NCBI RefSeq assembly: GCF_047654785.1
Contig: NZ_JASGKQ010000002.1
Coordinates: forward strand, 577,268-641,267
Reading direction: 5' to 3'
Origin: Roseateles sp.
GTDB taxonomy: Bacteria; Pseudomonadota; Gammaproteobacteria; Burkholderiales; Burkholderiaceae_C
Length of the DNA stretch: 64,000 nucleotides
Shown here: positions 46,023 through 54,713 of the stretch, piece after piece
How positions within the stretch are numbered: position 1 is the first letter of the stretch
Layout: the number at the start of each line of letters is the position of its first letter
Made by a program: the position numbers and the translations under genes
The notes under the pieces: model-generated
The model's input: only the letters and a program-made list of their open reading frames with translations
Databases searched by the model: none
What the model was told of the DNA's origin: nothing

Positions 46023-47663
46023 GTGGATCAACCCAAGCCTTCGGATTCGGAGCCCGGCGCCAGGCCTCCCGGCGGCCGGCACCCGCGCGCGCTGGCGCCG
46101 GCCAACCTGCTGCTGACGCTGGGCCTGAGCGTGTTCGGCGCCATCGTCGGCATGCAGATCATGGCGGCCGTGGGCATGACGCCGGCCACCTCCATCATCG
46201 GCGCGGTGGCGGCCATGGCGCTGGCGCGCATCCCGCTCGCGCAGTTTGCGGGCTTCCGCTCGCCGCATGCGCAGAACCTGGCGCAGACCAGCATCTCCTC
46301 GGCCACCTTCGGTGCGGCCAACAGCCTGTTCCTGCCCATCGGCATTCCCTACCTGTTCGGCCTGCCGGACCTGGTGCTGCCGATGCTGGTGGGCGTGAGC
46401 CTGGCGATGCTGCTGGACGCGTGGATGCTCTACCGCCTCTTCGACACCCCGGTGTTCCCGGCGCGCAACCCGTGGCCGCTGGGCATCGCCACCGCCGAGG
46501 CCATCAAGGCGGGGGACGCCGGCGGCCGGCAGGCGCGGCTGCTGCTCGGCGGCCTGGCCGTGGGCGCGGCCGGCGCGGCGCTGGCGGTCCCGATGTCGGC
46601 GCTGGGCATCGCGCTGCTGGGCGGGCTGGCGGCGATGGTCGCCTTCGCGGTCGGGCTGCTGGTGCGGGCCTATTCACAGGCCTGGTTCCAGGTGGACATC
46701 GCGGCGCTGTACATCCCGCACGGCGTGATGATCGGCGCCGGCCTGATGGCGCTGGTGCAGGTTTCTCGGCTGGTGCTGAGTCCATCCCGCGCCCCGCAGC
46801 CGGCCGGCCCCGCGTCCGCGCGCACGGCCGGCGCCCCGGGGCAGCGCGCCGGCCGGACGCTGCGCCGGGGCGCGCTCGCCTACGGCGGCCTGACGCTGCT
46901 GCTGGCGCTGGGCACCGGCCTCCACCAGGACATGGCGCCGGGCATGCTGGCGCTGTTCGTCGTCTATGCCGCGTTCTCGGCCTTCGTGCACGAGATCATC
47001 GTCGGCATCTCGGCCATGCACGCGGGCTGGTTCCCGGCGTTCGCGGTGGCGCTGATCACGCTGCTGCTCGGCATCCTGCTGGGCCTGCCCGCGTCGGCGC
47101 TGGTGGTGCTGGCGGGCTTCACGGCCGCCACCGGCCCGGCCTTCGCCGACATGGGCTACGACCTGAAGACCGGCTACCTGCTGCGCGGCGAGGGGGCCGA
47201 CCCGGCCTTCGAACGCGACGGCCGCGCCCAGCAGGCCATCGCGGCGCTGCTGGGCTTCGGCGTGGCCATCGCCGTGGTGGCGCTGTCCTATCCGGCCTTG
47301 TTCGCCGCGCATCAGTTCGCGCCGATCAACGCGGCCTACGTGGCGGCCATCAAGGCCGGCATTTCCTCCGAGACGGCGCGCACGCTGGCGCTGTGGGCCG
47401 TGCCCGGCGCGCTGCTGCAGGCGCTGGGCGGCTCGCGCCGCCAGCTGGGCGTGCTGCTGGCCACCGGGCTGCTGATCGGCGGCGTCTGGGCCGGCTGGAT
47501 GGTGGCCCTGGGCCTGGTCGCGCGGCTGGCGGCCCGGGCCTGGCTGGGCGCCGGGGCCAGCGCGCGCATCGAGGTGTTCGCCGGCGGCGTCATCGCCGGC
47601 GACGCGCTCTACAGCTTCTTCCACGGCTCCAGCATGAGCATCCACCAGCGGGGTTCCAAGTGA
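46023..47663 (+). CDS. OPT-superfamily (oligopeptide transporter-like) membrane protein
   Basis: Many TM helices. NLAQTSISSATFGAANSLFLPIG resembles bacterial OPT proteins. I prefer GTG 46023 (AAGGA 5 nt upstream), because the listed ATG 45990 lies inside operator box B. Confidence 0.7.
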   Translation: MDQPKPSDSEPGARPPGGRHPRALAPANLLLTLGLSVFGAIVGMQIMAAVGMTPATSIIGAVAAMALARIPLAQFAGFRSPHAQNLAQTSISSATFGAANSLFLPIGIPYLFGLPDLVLPMLVGVSLAMLLDAWMLYRLFDTPVFPARNPWPLGIATAEAIKAGDAGGRQARLLLGGLAVGAAGAALAVPMSALGIALLGGLAAMVAFAVGLLVRAYSQAWFQVDIAALYIPHGVMIGAGLMALVQVSRLVLSPSRAPQPAGPASARTAGAPGQRAGRTLRRGALAYGGLTLLLALGTGLHQDMAPGMLALFVVYAAFSAFVHEIIVGISAMHAGWFPAFAVALITLLLGILLGLPASALVVLAGFTAATGPAFADMGYDLKTGYLLRGEGADPAFERDGRAQQAIAALLGFGVAIAVVALSYPALFAAHQFAPINAAYVAAIKAGISSETARTLALWAVPGALLQALGGSRRQLGVLLATGLLIGGVWAGWMVALGLVARLAARAWLGAGASARIEVFAGGVIAGDALYSFFHGSSMSIHQRGSK

Positions 47664-48715
47664 AACGCAAACTGACGACTGACGACGCGATCGCCGCGGT
47701 GTGGGGCGGGGCCATCCTGGGCGGCGGCGGCGGCGGCTTCGTGGCGCCGGGCGAGCAGGCCGCGCGGCTGGCCATGGAGATGGGCACGCCCGAGCTGTGG
47801 AGCCTGGACGAGCTGCCGCCCGACGCGCCGACGGCCACCGTCGCGCTGGTCGGGGCGCCCGGCGCGCGCAACCCGCTGTTGGTGCCGGCCTACCTGCTGC
47901 GCAGCCTGGAACTGCTGCAGCAGCAGCTCCCGGCGGCGCTGGCGGGCTTCTACGCCTGCGAGAACGGCGCCGAGGCGACGCTGAACGGCTGGATGCAGTC
48001 GGCCGCCACCGGGCGGCCGGTGATCGACCTGGCCTGCAACTGCCGCGCCCACCCGTCCAGCGTGATGGGCGCGATGGGGCTGCACCGCGAGGCCGGCTAC
48101 GTGGGCCTGCACGCCTATGCCGGCGGGCGCCCGGCGCAGTATGTCGAGGGCGTCGTGCGCGGCAGCCTGGACGGCATTTCCAGCATCGTGCGCCATGCGT
48201 CGGTGCAGGCCGGCGGCGCGGTGGCCGTGGCGCGCAATCCGGTGCCCCTGGATTACGCCGCGCGGCACGGGTCGCCCGGCGCGGTCAGCCTGGCCATCGA
48301 CCTCGGCCGGGCCTTCCTGGACGGCGGCCTCGAGGCCGCGATGCGGATGCTGGGCGCCAGCGTGGTGGCCGAGGGGACGGTGCGGGACTGCCGCTGCGAG
48401 CAGCGGGCCGGCCTGGACCATGGCCGGGTGCTGCTGGACGACGCGGCGCGGACCGAGCTGCTGCTGATCAACGAGTACATGCTGCTGGAGCAGCGCGGCG
48501 AGCGCGTGGCCGCCTTCCCGGACCTGCTGACCACCTTCGGCGCCGACGGCCTGCCGGTGGCCTCGGCCGACGTGAAGGTGGGCGACCGCCTGCGCGTGCT
48601 GCGCGCGCCGGCCGCGCGGCTGCCGCTGGCCGCGACGATGTTCATGCCCGAGCTGTACGCGCATCTCGAAGCCATGCTGGGCAAGCCGTTCGCGCCGCAG
48701 CCCGCGAGCGCCTGA
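47660..48715 (+). CDS. DUF917 family protein, copy 1
   Basis: GTG start overlaps the transporter stop (GTGA). AVWGGAILGGGGGGF and RAHPSSVMGAMGLHRE signatures. Paralog of 53450-54508. Confidence 0.85.
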   Translation: MKRKLTTDDAIAAVWGGAILGGGGGGFVAPGEQAARLAMEMGTPELWSLDELPPDAPTATVALVGAPGARNPLLVPAYLLRSLELLQQQLPAALAGFYACENGAEATLNGWMQSAATGRPVIDLACNCRAHPSSVMGAMGLHREAGYVGLHAYAGGRPAQYVEGVVRGSLDGISSIVRHASVQAGGAVAVARNPVPLDYAARHGSPGAVSLAIDLGRAFLDGGLEAAMRMLGASVVAEGTVRDCRCEQRAGLDHGRVLLDDAARTELLLINEYMLLEQRGERVAAFPDLLTTFGADGLPVASADVKVGDRLRVLRAPAARLPLAATMFMPELYAHLEAMLGKPFAPQPASA

Positions 48716-48776
48716 CGCCGCCGCAGGGCGGGACTCCTATGATCCCAGCCCCGCAAAAGCCCGAAGGAGCCGCCTC

Positions 48777-49541
48777 TTGAGCACCCTTGCGAACGCCATG
48801 GACGTGCTGAAGCTGATCGTGCGTCTGCGCCGCGACATCACGGTGACCGATCTGGTGACCGCGCTCGGCTACCCGAAGAGCTCGGCATCGCGCACGCTGA
48901 GCCAGATGGCCGCGCATGGTTTCCTGGAGCGCGACGCGGTGACCAAGGCCTACCGGCCCGGCCTGCTGGTGGTGGAGGCGGGCCATCAGTTCCGCGTCGG
49001 CGGCAGCGTCCTGCCGCTGCTCGAAGAGGCGCTGGAGCAGTTGGTGGGGGCCACCGGCTTCACCGGCTACCTCGGCGTGCTGCGGGGGGCCGAGATCCTG
49101 GTCGTGCAGATGCGCGCGGGCGCCCAGCCGCTGCAGGTCTACACGCCGCCGGGCACCAGCGGCCCGGCCGCCTTCACGTCCATGGGCCGGGCGCTGCTCG
49201 CGCGCCTGAGCGACGCGGAGGTGCTGGCGCTGGTCGGCCGCAAGTTCGACCGCCCGCCGGGCAGCGCGCCGAAGACGCCGCGGGAACTGCTCGACCGCCT
49301 GGCGCAGACGCGCCGCGACGGCTGGAACGAGTCGCGCGGCGAGTCGCTGGCCGAGGTCTACGGCATCGCGTCGTCGGTGCGGGACCCCAGCACCGGCGAG
49401 GCCTACGGCATCGGCCTGGCCATCCCGCCGGGGGAGGGCATCGACGCGCTGTTCGAGCGCTGCGTCGTGCGGGTGCGCGATGCCGCCAGCGGGGTCGGTC
49501 GCCGCATCGGCGATCCGTACTGGCTGCAGATGGGGGGCTGA
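48777..49541 (+). CDS. IclR-family transcriptional regulator
   Basis: GAAGGAG sits 7 nt before TTG 48777 (alternative ATG at 48798). wHTH is ITVTDLVTALGYPKSSASRTLSQM. IclR effector domain present. Confidence 0.9.
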   Translation: MSTLANAMDVLKLIVRLRRDITVTDLVTALGYPKSSASRTLSQMAAHGFLERDAVTKAYRPGLLVVEAGHQFRVGGSVLPLLEEALEQLVGATGFTGYLGVLRGAEILVVQMRAGAQPLQVYTPPGTSGPAAFTSMGRALLARLSDAEVLALVGRKFDRPPGSAPKTPRELLDRLAQTRRDGWNESRGESLAEVYGIASSVRDPSTGEAYGIGLAIPPGEGIDALFERCVVRVRDAASGVGRRIGDPYWLQMGG

Positions 49542-49565
49542 GAACAGGTTCCAAGGGATGGCGGA

Positions 49566-51269
49566 TCAGTCCAGCACGACCTCGGTGCGCACCCGGCCGG
49601 CGCGCGCCGCGTGGGCGCTGAGCGCCAGGCGCGTGCCCCGGGGTGCGCGCACGATCCACTCGCCGACGGCGCGGTCGGCGGTCACCTCGCGCACGGGGGC
49701 CGCGGCATGCTGGGTCTGCCTGGGGGCGTGGCCGTCCAGCTGCGGCCCCTCCATGCGCGGCTTGCCGCTGACCAGGCCGACGGCCGGGTCGTCCGCCGGC
49801 AGGTGGATTTGGAAGACCACGCCCCGCACGATCTTGCGCTCCAGCGCGCGCTGCATCACGTAGGTCGGCAGGTAGCCGCCGTTGGCCACCGCCAGCCGGA
49901 CGCGCCAGGTGTCCGCACCCAGCGCCTGCACCTCGGCGCGCAGCAGCTCCAGCCGGGGCAGGGACAGCGCGACCTGGTTCAGCCAGGCGGGAAAGCGCGC
50001 CACCTCGGGCTCGCGCAGGTGCGGCGGCGGGTTGCGCCGGAAGTTCATGCGGTCCCAGCCGCCGATCTCCACCGCGCCGAGCTGGGGATGCTGGAAGGGC
50101 CGCCAGTCCACGTGGGCCTGGCCGCCGCACTGCTCGTCGCTCCAGCGGAGCAGCTTGAGGTCGTCTTCCACCGGGTGGTCGCGGAACCAGTCCATCCACT
50201 TGTACCCCTGGATGCCGGCCTCGCGGTTGGGCGACCACAGCTCGACGACCCAGCACAGCGCGCCGAGGTGCTCGTAGAGCCAGTCCTGGCCGCCGCTGAG
50301 CGTTTCCTTCGGGTGGTACTTGAAGTCGTGCCAGATGCTCAGCGCCGGGTAGCCGGTGGCCTGGCTGCCGAGTTCCGAGAAGCGCTGGTAGCGCCACAGG
50401 TCCTCGGCGGCCATGTCCTCGTCCTTGCCGCCGCTGAGCGGCCGCAGGATCACGCCGCTGTGCGTGTGGAAGCTGATGGCGGCGCCGATGTTGGGGTGGG
50501 CGATGACGAAGTCCACCATCGCGCGCACCTCGGGCTCGCTGGTCGGGTACGGGCCGGCGCCGGGCTGCTGGTAGTCCTGCCGCCAGCCGGCGGGGAAGTT
50601 GCGGTTGAGGTCCAGGCCTTCCTTGTCCTTGTTGACGGTGAGGGTCAGGCCGTCGTAGTCCTTGACGAAGCCCTCGGGCATGAGCCGGTAGTACTCGCCG
50701 CCGAATTCGCCAGGCTGGCGCGCCACCAGCAGGCGCGGCTCGGCCGGGTGCTTCCTGTAGCCGCCGTGGGGGTCGGGGACGCGCATGTGCAGGATGCGGC
50801 CGTCGCCGTCCACGTCCTCGACGCTGAGGCCGTCGACCGGATCCTCGTCGAAGGGGTAGGCGCGCGTGCTCGACCGGATGTGGCGCGGCCGGTCGGCCAG
50901 CGCCAGCTCCGCGCCGTCGGGGTTGAGGCGCGGCACCAGGTAGACGGCGCGCGTGTCCAGCAGCTGCGTGACCTGCGGGTCGCTGCCGTGGCCGCTGACC
51001 AGCCGGTGCAGGTAGTACAGGCAGGCCGTCGAGGCGGTCAGCTCGGCGGCGTGGATGTTGCCGTCCACCCAGAAGGCGGGCTTGTCCTCGTCCGCGCCGG
51101 TGGCGGTGTTGGTCAGCACGACGACCCAGATGTCGCGGCCTTCGTGGCTGCGCCCCATCGAACGGACGCTGACCAGCCCCGGCCGCGCCTCGGCATAGGC
51201 GAACAGCAGGGCGGTCAGCGGCTCGTGGCGCAGGAACTCGTCGAAGCGGGGGGTGGGCAGCGGGGGCAT
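49566..51269 (-). CDS. M14-family zinc carboxypeptidase, no signal peptide
   Basis: SHEGRDIWVVVLTN...FWVDGNIHAAELTAS (HxxE zinc motif). 567 aa. Confidence 0.85.
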   Translation of the reverse strand: MPPLPTPRFDEFLRHEPLTALLFAYAEARPGLVSVRSMGRSHEGRDIWVVVLTNTATGADEDKPAFWVDGNIHAAELTASTACLYYLHRLVSGHGSDPQVTQLLDTRAVYLVPRLNPDGAELALADRPRHIRSSTRAYPFDEDPVDGLSVEDVDGDGRILHMRVPDPHGGYRKHPAEPRLLVARQPGEFGGEYYRLMPEGFVKDYDGLTLTVNKDKEGLDLNRNFPAGWRQDYQQPGAGPYPTSEPEVRAMVDFVIAHPNIGAAISFHTHSGVILRPLSGGKDEDMAAEDLWRYQRFSELGSQATGYPALSIWHDFKYHPKETLSGGQDWLYEHLGALCWVVELWSPNREAGIQGYKWMDWFRDHPVEDDLKLLRWSDEQCGGQAHVDWRPFQHPQLGAVEIGGWDRMNFRRNPPPHLREPEVARFPAWLNQVALSLPRLELLRAEVQALGADTWRVRLAVANGGYLPTYVMQRALERKIVRGVVFQIHLPADDPAVGLVSGKPRMEGPQLDGHAPRQTQHAAAPVREVTADRAVGEWIVRAPRGTRLALSAHAARAGRVRTEVVLD

Positions 51270-51284
51270 GGCGTCATCCGGCCT

Positions 51285-53432
51285 TCACATCTTGACACTG
51301 AGTTCGATGCCCACCACCCGCGGCGTGCCCCGGGAGCCGATCGCGTCGATGGGCGCGCCCCAGCCGTTGTAGGTCTTGCCGTTGACGTCGGCGTAGTAGA
51401 AGCGGTTGCCGAGGTTGCGGCCGTAGAGCGTGGCGGACCAGCGGTCCCGGGCGTCGCGCACGCCCAGCCGTGCGTTCAGCAGCGTCACGCCGTCGGAGAC
51501 GAGCACGTTGTCCGGGTGCCAGTACTTGCGGCTGCGCACCTCGACGTCCAGGCGCGCCTGCCCCGCCAGCCCCTGGCCCAGCGCGGTGCTGTACTGTGCG
51601 CCGAAGGTGGCCTTCCACGGCGAGTTCTTGGGCGTGTGGTTGCCCACGGTGGCGGGTTCCGCCGCGTTGGCCTTGATGCGGCTGCCGGCCAGGCCCAGGC
51701 CGCCGTCGAACTCCAGCCCCTGCGCGGCCAGGTAGCGGAAGTCCAGGTCCAGGCCCTTGATCGTCACCTTGTCGATGTTGCCGATGCGGCCGGACAACAC
51801 CGGGCCGGGCAGCACCTTGATGTAGAAGTACTGGAAGTCGGTGGAGTGCGAGTAGAAAGCCGCGGCATTCAGGCTCAGCCGCCCGTCCAGGAAGCTGCCC
51901 TTGTAGCCCGCTTCGAGGTTGCGCAGGTTCTCGGCCTTGAAGACCGGGTTGTCCGCCGCCGTCGTGTTGAAGCCGCCCGAGCGGAAGCCGGTGCTGTAGG
52001 TGGCGTAGCCCAGGGCCTCGGCGCCGAGCTTGCGGGTCAGCGTCAGCTTGGGCTGCCAGGCGTCGAAGCCGGCGTCGACCGTGGTGTTGCCGTTCAACAG
52101 GTCGATGCGCTGGCGGGCATCGTGGTCGTAGCGCAGCCCGGCGGCCAGCTTGGTGAGCGGGTCGAGGTCGTACTCGATCTGGCCGAACACGGCCGAAGCC
52201 TTGTTCTTGAAGTCGTTGCGGCGCGTGGTGGGCACGCTCTCGTACTGCCAGGGCAGGCCGGTCGTGTCGGCGTAGGACTTCTCGGTCCAGTCCAGGTCCT
52301 TGGCCAGGTAGTACAGGCCGGCGATCCAGCGCAGCGGCCGGTCGCCGGGCGAGGTCAGGCGGATTTCCTGGCTGGTCATGCGGATGCGCCGGTCCTTGCC
52401 CTGGCCGCGGCTGAGGGGGCCGGCGATGCCGCCCAGCGGGTCGTCGGGGTTGGAGAAGTCGCCGTCGCTGGCGAATTTCTCGGTGAGCCGGGTGTGGTTG
52501 GTGATCGCGGTCAGCGTGCCCAGCCGGGTCTCCACATCGGCCTTGAAGGTGAACTCGTCCGTGCCGCCGACGGACTGGCCCAGCACGTTCGAGGTCGGCG
52601 CGTAGCGCGCGTTCAGGTTGCCGTCGCGGATCAGGTTGTCCCAACTGGCGCCGGCCTGGAAGCGGTTGGTGCTGGCGCGGAAGTCCAGCTGCACGTCTTC
52701 GGACGCCAGCACCATGAGCTTGGCGCGCAATGTGTTGTCGTGGCCGATGGGGTCGGCCTTGGCATTGCGGTAGCTGTTGGTGACGAGGCCGTGGGAGGTC
52801 TTGCTCTGGCCGACGATGCGGAACAGCACCTTGTCCTTCACCAGCGCGCCGCTGACGCCGCCGTTCAGGTCCACCGTGTTGCCGGTGCTGTAGTCCAGCT
52901 TGGCGAAGCCCTGCAGCTCGTTGGCGGGCTGCTTGGTGTCGATCACGATCGCGCCGCCGACGGCGTTGCGCCCGTACAGCGAGCCCTGCGGGCCCTTCAG
53001 CACCTCGATGCGGGCCACGTCGACCAGGTTCATCTTGAGCTGCTTCTGGTCGTTCTGCGGCACGCCGTCCACCACCACGGCCACCGGCGAATCGGCGTTG
53101 TTGATCTCCGAGACGCCGCGGATCACGACGAAGGAGTTGCCGTAGGTGAAGGACTGGTCGAAGGACACGTTGGGCGTCAGGTCCATGAAGTCCTGCGTGC
53201 TCTTGATGCCGGCGTCCTCGATCTGCCGGGCGCTGAAGGCCTTCACCGCGACCGGCACGCTCTGCAGCATCTCCTTGCGGCCCTGCGAGGTCACGACGAC
53301 CTGCTCCAGCTTGTTGCTGCGGGCCTCGGTGGCCGGGGGCGGCGCGCCGGCGGCGGTGTCCTGGGCGCTGGCGCCCGCGCTCATCAGCGCGATCGCGCTG
53401 GCCAGGCAATGGCGTCGAAAACTCGTGCTCAT
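51285..53432 (-). CDS. TonB-dependent outer-membrane receptor
   Basis: Start at MSTSFRRHCLASAIALMSAGASAQ (signal peptide). TonB box-like LEQVVVTS. Plug motif IEVLKGPQGSLYGRNAVGGAI. Beta-barrel repeats. Confidence 0.9.
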   Translation of the reverse strand: MSTSFRRHCLASAIALMSAGASAQDTAAGAPPPATEARSNKLEQVVVTSQGRKEMLQSVPVAVKAFSARQIEDAGIKSTQDFMDLTPNVSFDQSFTYGNSFVVIRGVSEINNADSPVAVVVDGVPQNDQKQLKMNLVDVARIEVLKGPQGSLYGRNAVGGAIVIDTKQPANELQGFAKLDYSTGNTVDLNGGVSGALVKDKVLFRIVGQSKTSHGLVTNSYRNAKADPIGHDNTLRAKLMVLASEDVQLDFRASTNRFQAGASWDNLIRDGNLNARYAPTSNVLGQSVGGTDEFTFKADVETRLGTLTAITNHTRLTEKFASDGDFSNPDDPLGGIAGPLSRGQGKDRRIRMTSQEIRLTSPGDRPLRWIAGLYYLAKDLDWTEKSYADTTGLPWQYESVPTTRRNDFKNKASAVFGQIEYDLDPLTKLAAGLRYDHDARQRIDLLNGNTTVDAGFDAWQPKLTLTRKLGAEALGYATYSTGFRSGGFNTTAADNPVFKAENLRNLEAGYKGSFLDGRLSLNAAAFYSHSTDFQYFYIKVLPGPVLSGRIGNIDKVTIKGLDLDFRYLAAQGLEFDGGLGLAGSRIKANAAEPATVGNHTPKNSPWKATFGAQYSTALGQGLAGQARLDVEVRSRKYWHPDNVLVSDGVTLLNARLGVRDARDRWSATLYGRNLGNRFYYADVNGKTYNGWGAPIDAIGSRGTPRVVGIELSVKM

Positions 53433-53449
53433 GATGACTCCATGTCGCT

Positions 53450-54508
53450 TCAGGGATGGATGGATGGGGCCGGGGCGAAGCGCTGGCCCAGCGTGGCTTC
53501 GAGCGGTGCGTACAGCTCCGCCATGAACATCGTGGCCGCCAGCGGCAGGCGGGCGGCCGGCGCATGCAGCACGCGCAGGCGGTCGCCCACGCGCACGTCG
53601 GCGGACACGACGGGCCGCCCCTCGGCATCGAAAGTGGTCAGCAGGTCCGGGAAGGCGGCCATGCGCTCGCCGTGCTGCTCCAGCAGCATGTATTCGTTGA
53701 TCAGCGGCAGCCGCGTCCGGGCGTCGTCGTCGAGCACGACGACGCCCACGTCCAGCCCCGCCACCTGCTCGCAGCGGTAGCTGGCCACGGTGCCCTCGGC
53801 GCGGACGCTGCCGCCGAGGAAGCGCGCCGCGGCGTCGAGGCCGCCGTCGAGGTAGGCCCGGCCCAGGTCGATGGCGAAGCTGATCGCACCGGGCGCGCCA
53901 TGCCGCGCGGCGTGGCCGATGGTGACCGGGTTGCGGGCCACCGCGACCGCGCCGCCGGCCTGCACCGACGCATGCCGCGCGATGCTGGCCACGCCGTCCA
54001 TCGCGCCGCGCGCGACGCCCTCCAGGTAGCGCTGTGGCGCGCCGCCGGCGAAGGCCTGCAGCGCGACGTAGCCGGACTCCCGGTGCAGGCCCATCGCGCC
54101 CATCACGCTGGACGGATGGGCGCGGCCGTTGCACGCGAAATCCAGCATCGGGAGGCCCAGCGCCGCGGCCTGGCCCCAGCCGTTGACCGTGGTCTCGGCA
54201 CCGTTCTCGTTGGTGTGCAGCGCGGCGAGCCGGCCGGGCAGCTGCCGCTGCAGCAGCTCGATGGCCCGCATCCGGTGCTCCGGCGGCACCTTGGGGTCCG
54301 GCGACCCCGGCGCGCCGACCAGGGCGACCGTGGCGGTCAGCGCGTCGGCGTCGAACTCGTCCACGCTCCACAACGCCACGCTGCCGGCCTGCAGCGCCTG
54401 CCGCGCCGCGAGTTCCCCGGCCGCGACGAAGCCGCCGCCGCCGCCGCCCAGAATGGCGCCGCCCCACACGGCGGCCTGCACATCGTCTTCCGTCAGCCTG
54501 CGCTTCAT
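53450..54508 (-). CDS. DUF917 family protein, copy 2
   Basis: Start at MKRRLTEDD, by alignment with copy 1 (VKRKLTTDD). The listed upstream Met at 54553 lies inside operator box A. Confidence 0.85.
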   Translation of the reverse strand: MKRRLTEDDVQAAVWGGAILGGGGGGFVAAGELAARQALQAGSVALWSVDEFDADALTATVALVGAPGSPDPKVPPEHRMRAIELLQRQLPGRLAALHTNENGAETTVNGWGQAAALGLPMLDFACNGRAHPSSVMGAMGLHRESGYVALQAFAGGAPQRYLEGVARGAMDGVASIARHASVQAGGAVAVARNPVTIGHAARHGAPGAISFAIDLGRAYLDGGLDAAARFLGGSVRAEGTVASYRCEQVAGLDVGVVVLDDDARTRLPLINEYMLLEQHGERMAAFPDLLTTFDAEGRPVVSADVRVGDRLRVLHAPAARLPLAATMFMAELYAPLEATLGQRFAPAPSIHP

Positions 54509-54527
54509 CGCATCCACCCGTTCAAGA

Positions 54528-54594
54528 GTTCCAAATATTGGAACAAAGTCCAATAATTTGGATCTGATGCTAGGACGGTGCTCCGGCCTGTCAA
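54528..54594 (-). promoter_or_regulatory. Promoter (TTGACA-N16-TAGCAT) plus two 17-bp palindromic operator boxes
   Basis: Read on the minus strand: TTGACA is the reverse complement of 54589-54594, and TAGCAT of 54567-54572. Box A GATCCAAATTATTGGAC is at 54548-54564. Box B GTTCCAATATTTGGAAC is at 54528-54544. Confidence 0.65.
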
Positions 54595-54713
54595 GCCTGG
54601 GTTTCTGCGGAGGCGGGCAGGCGGCGGCCGGGCGGTGGCGGCGCCTTCGATCTGGAGGGGGCGTCAGGCCGGCGTCGCGCGGGCCGGGTGCGGGCGGCGG
54701 GGCGGCCCGGCGC

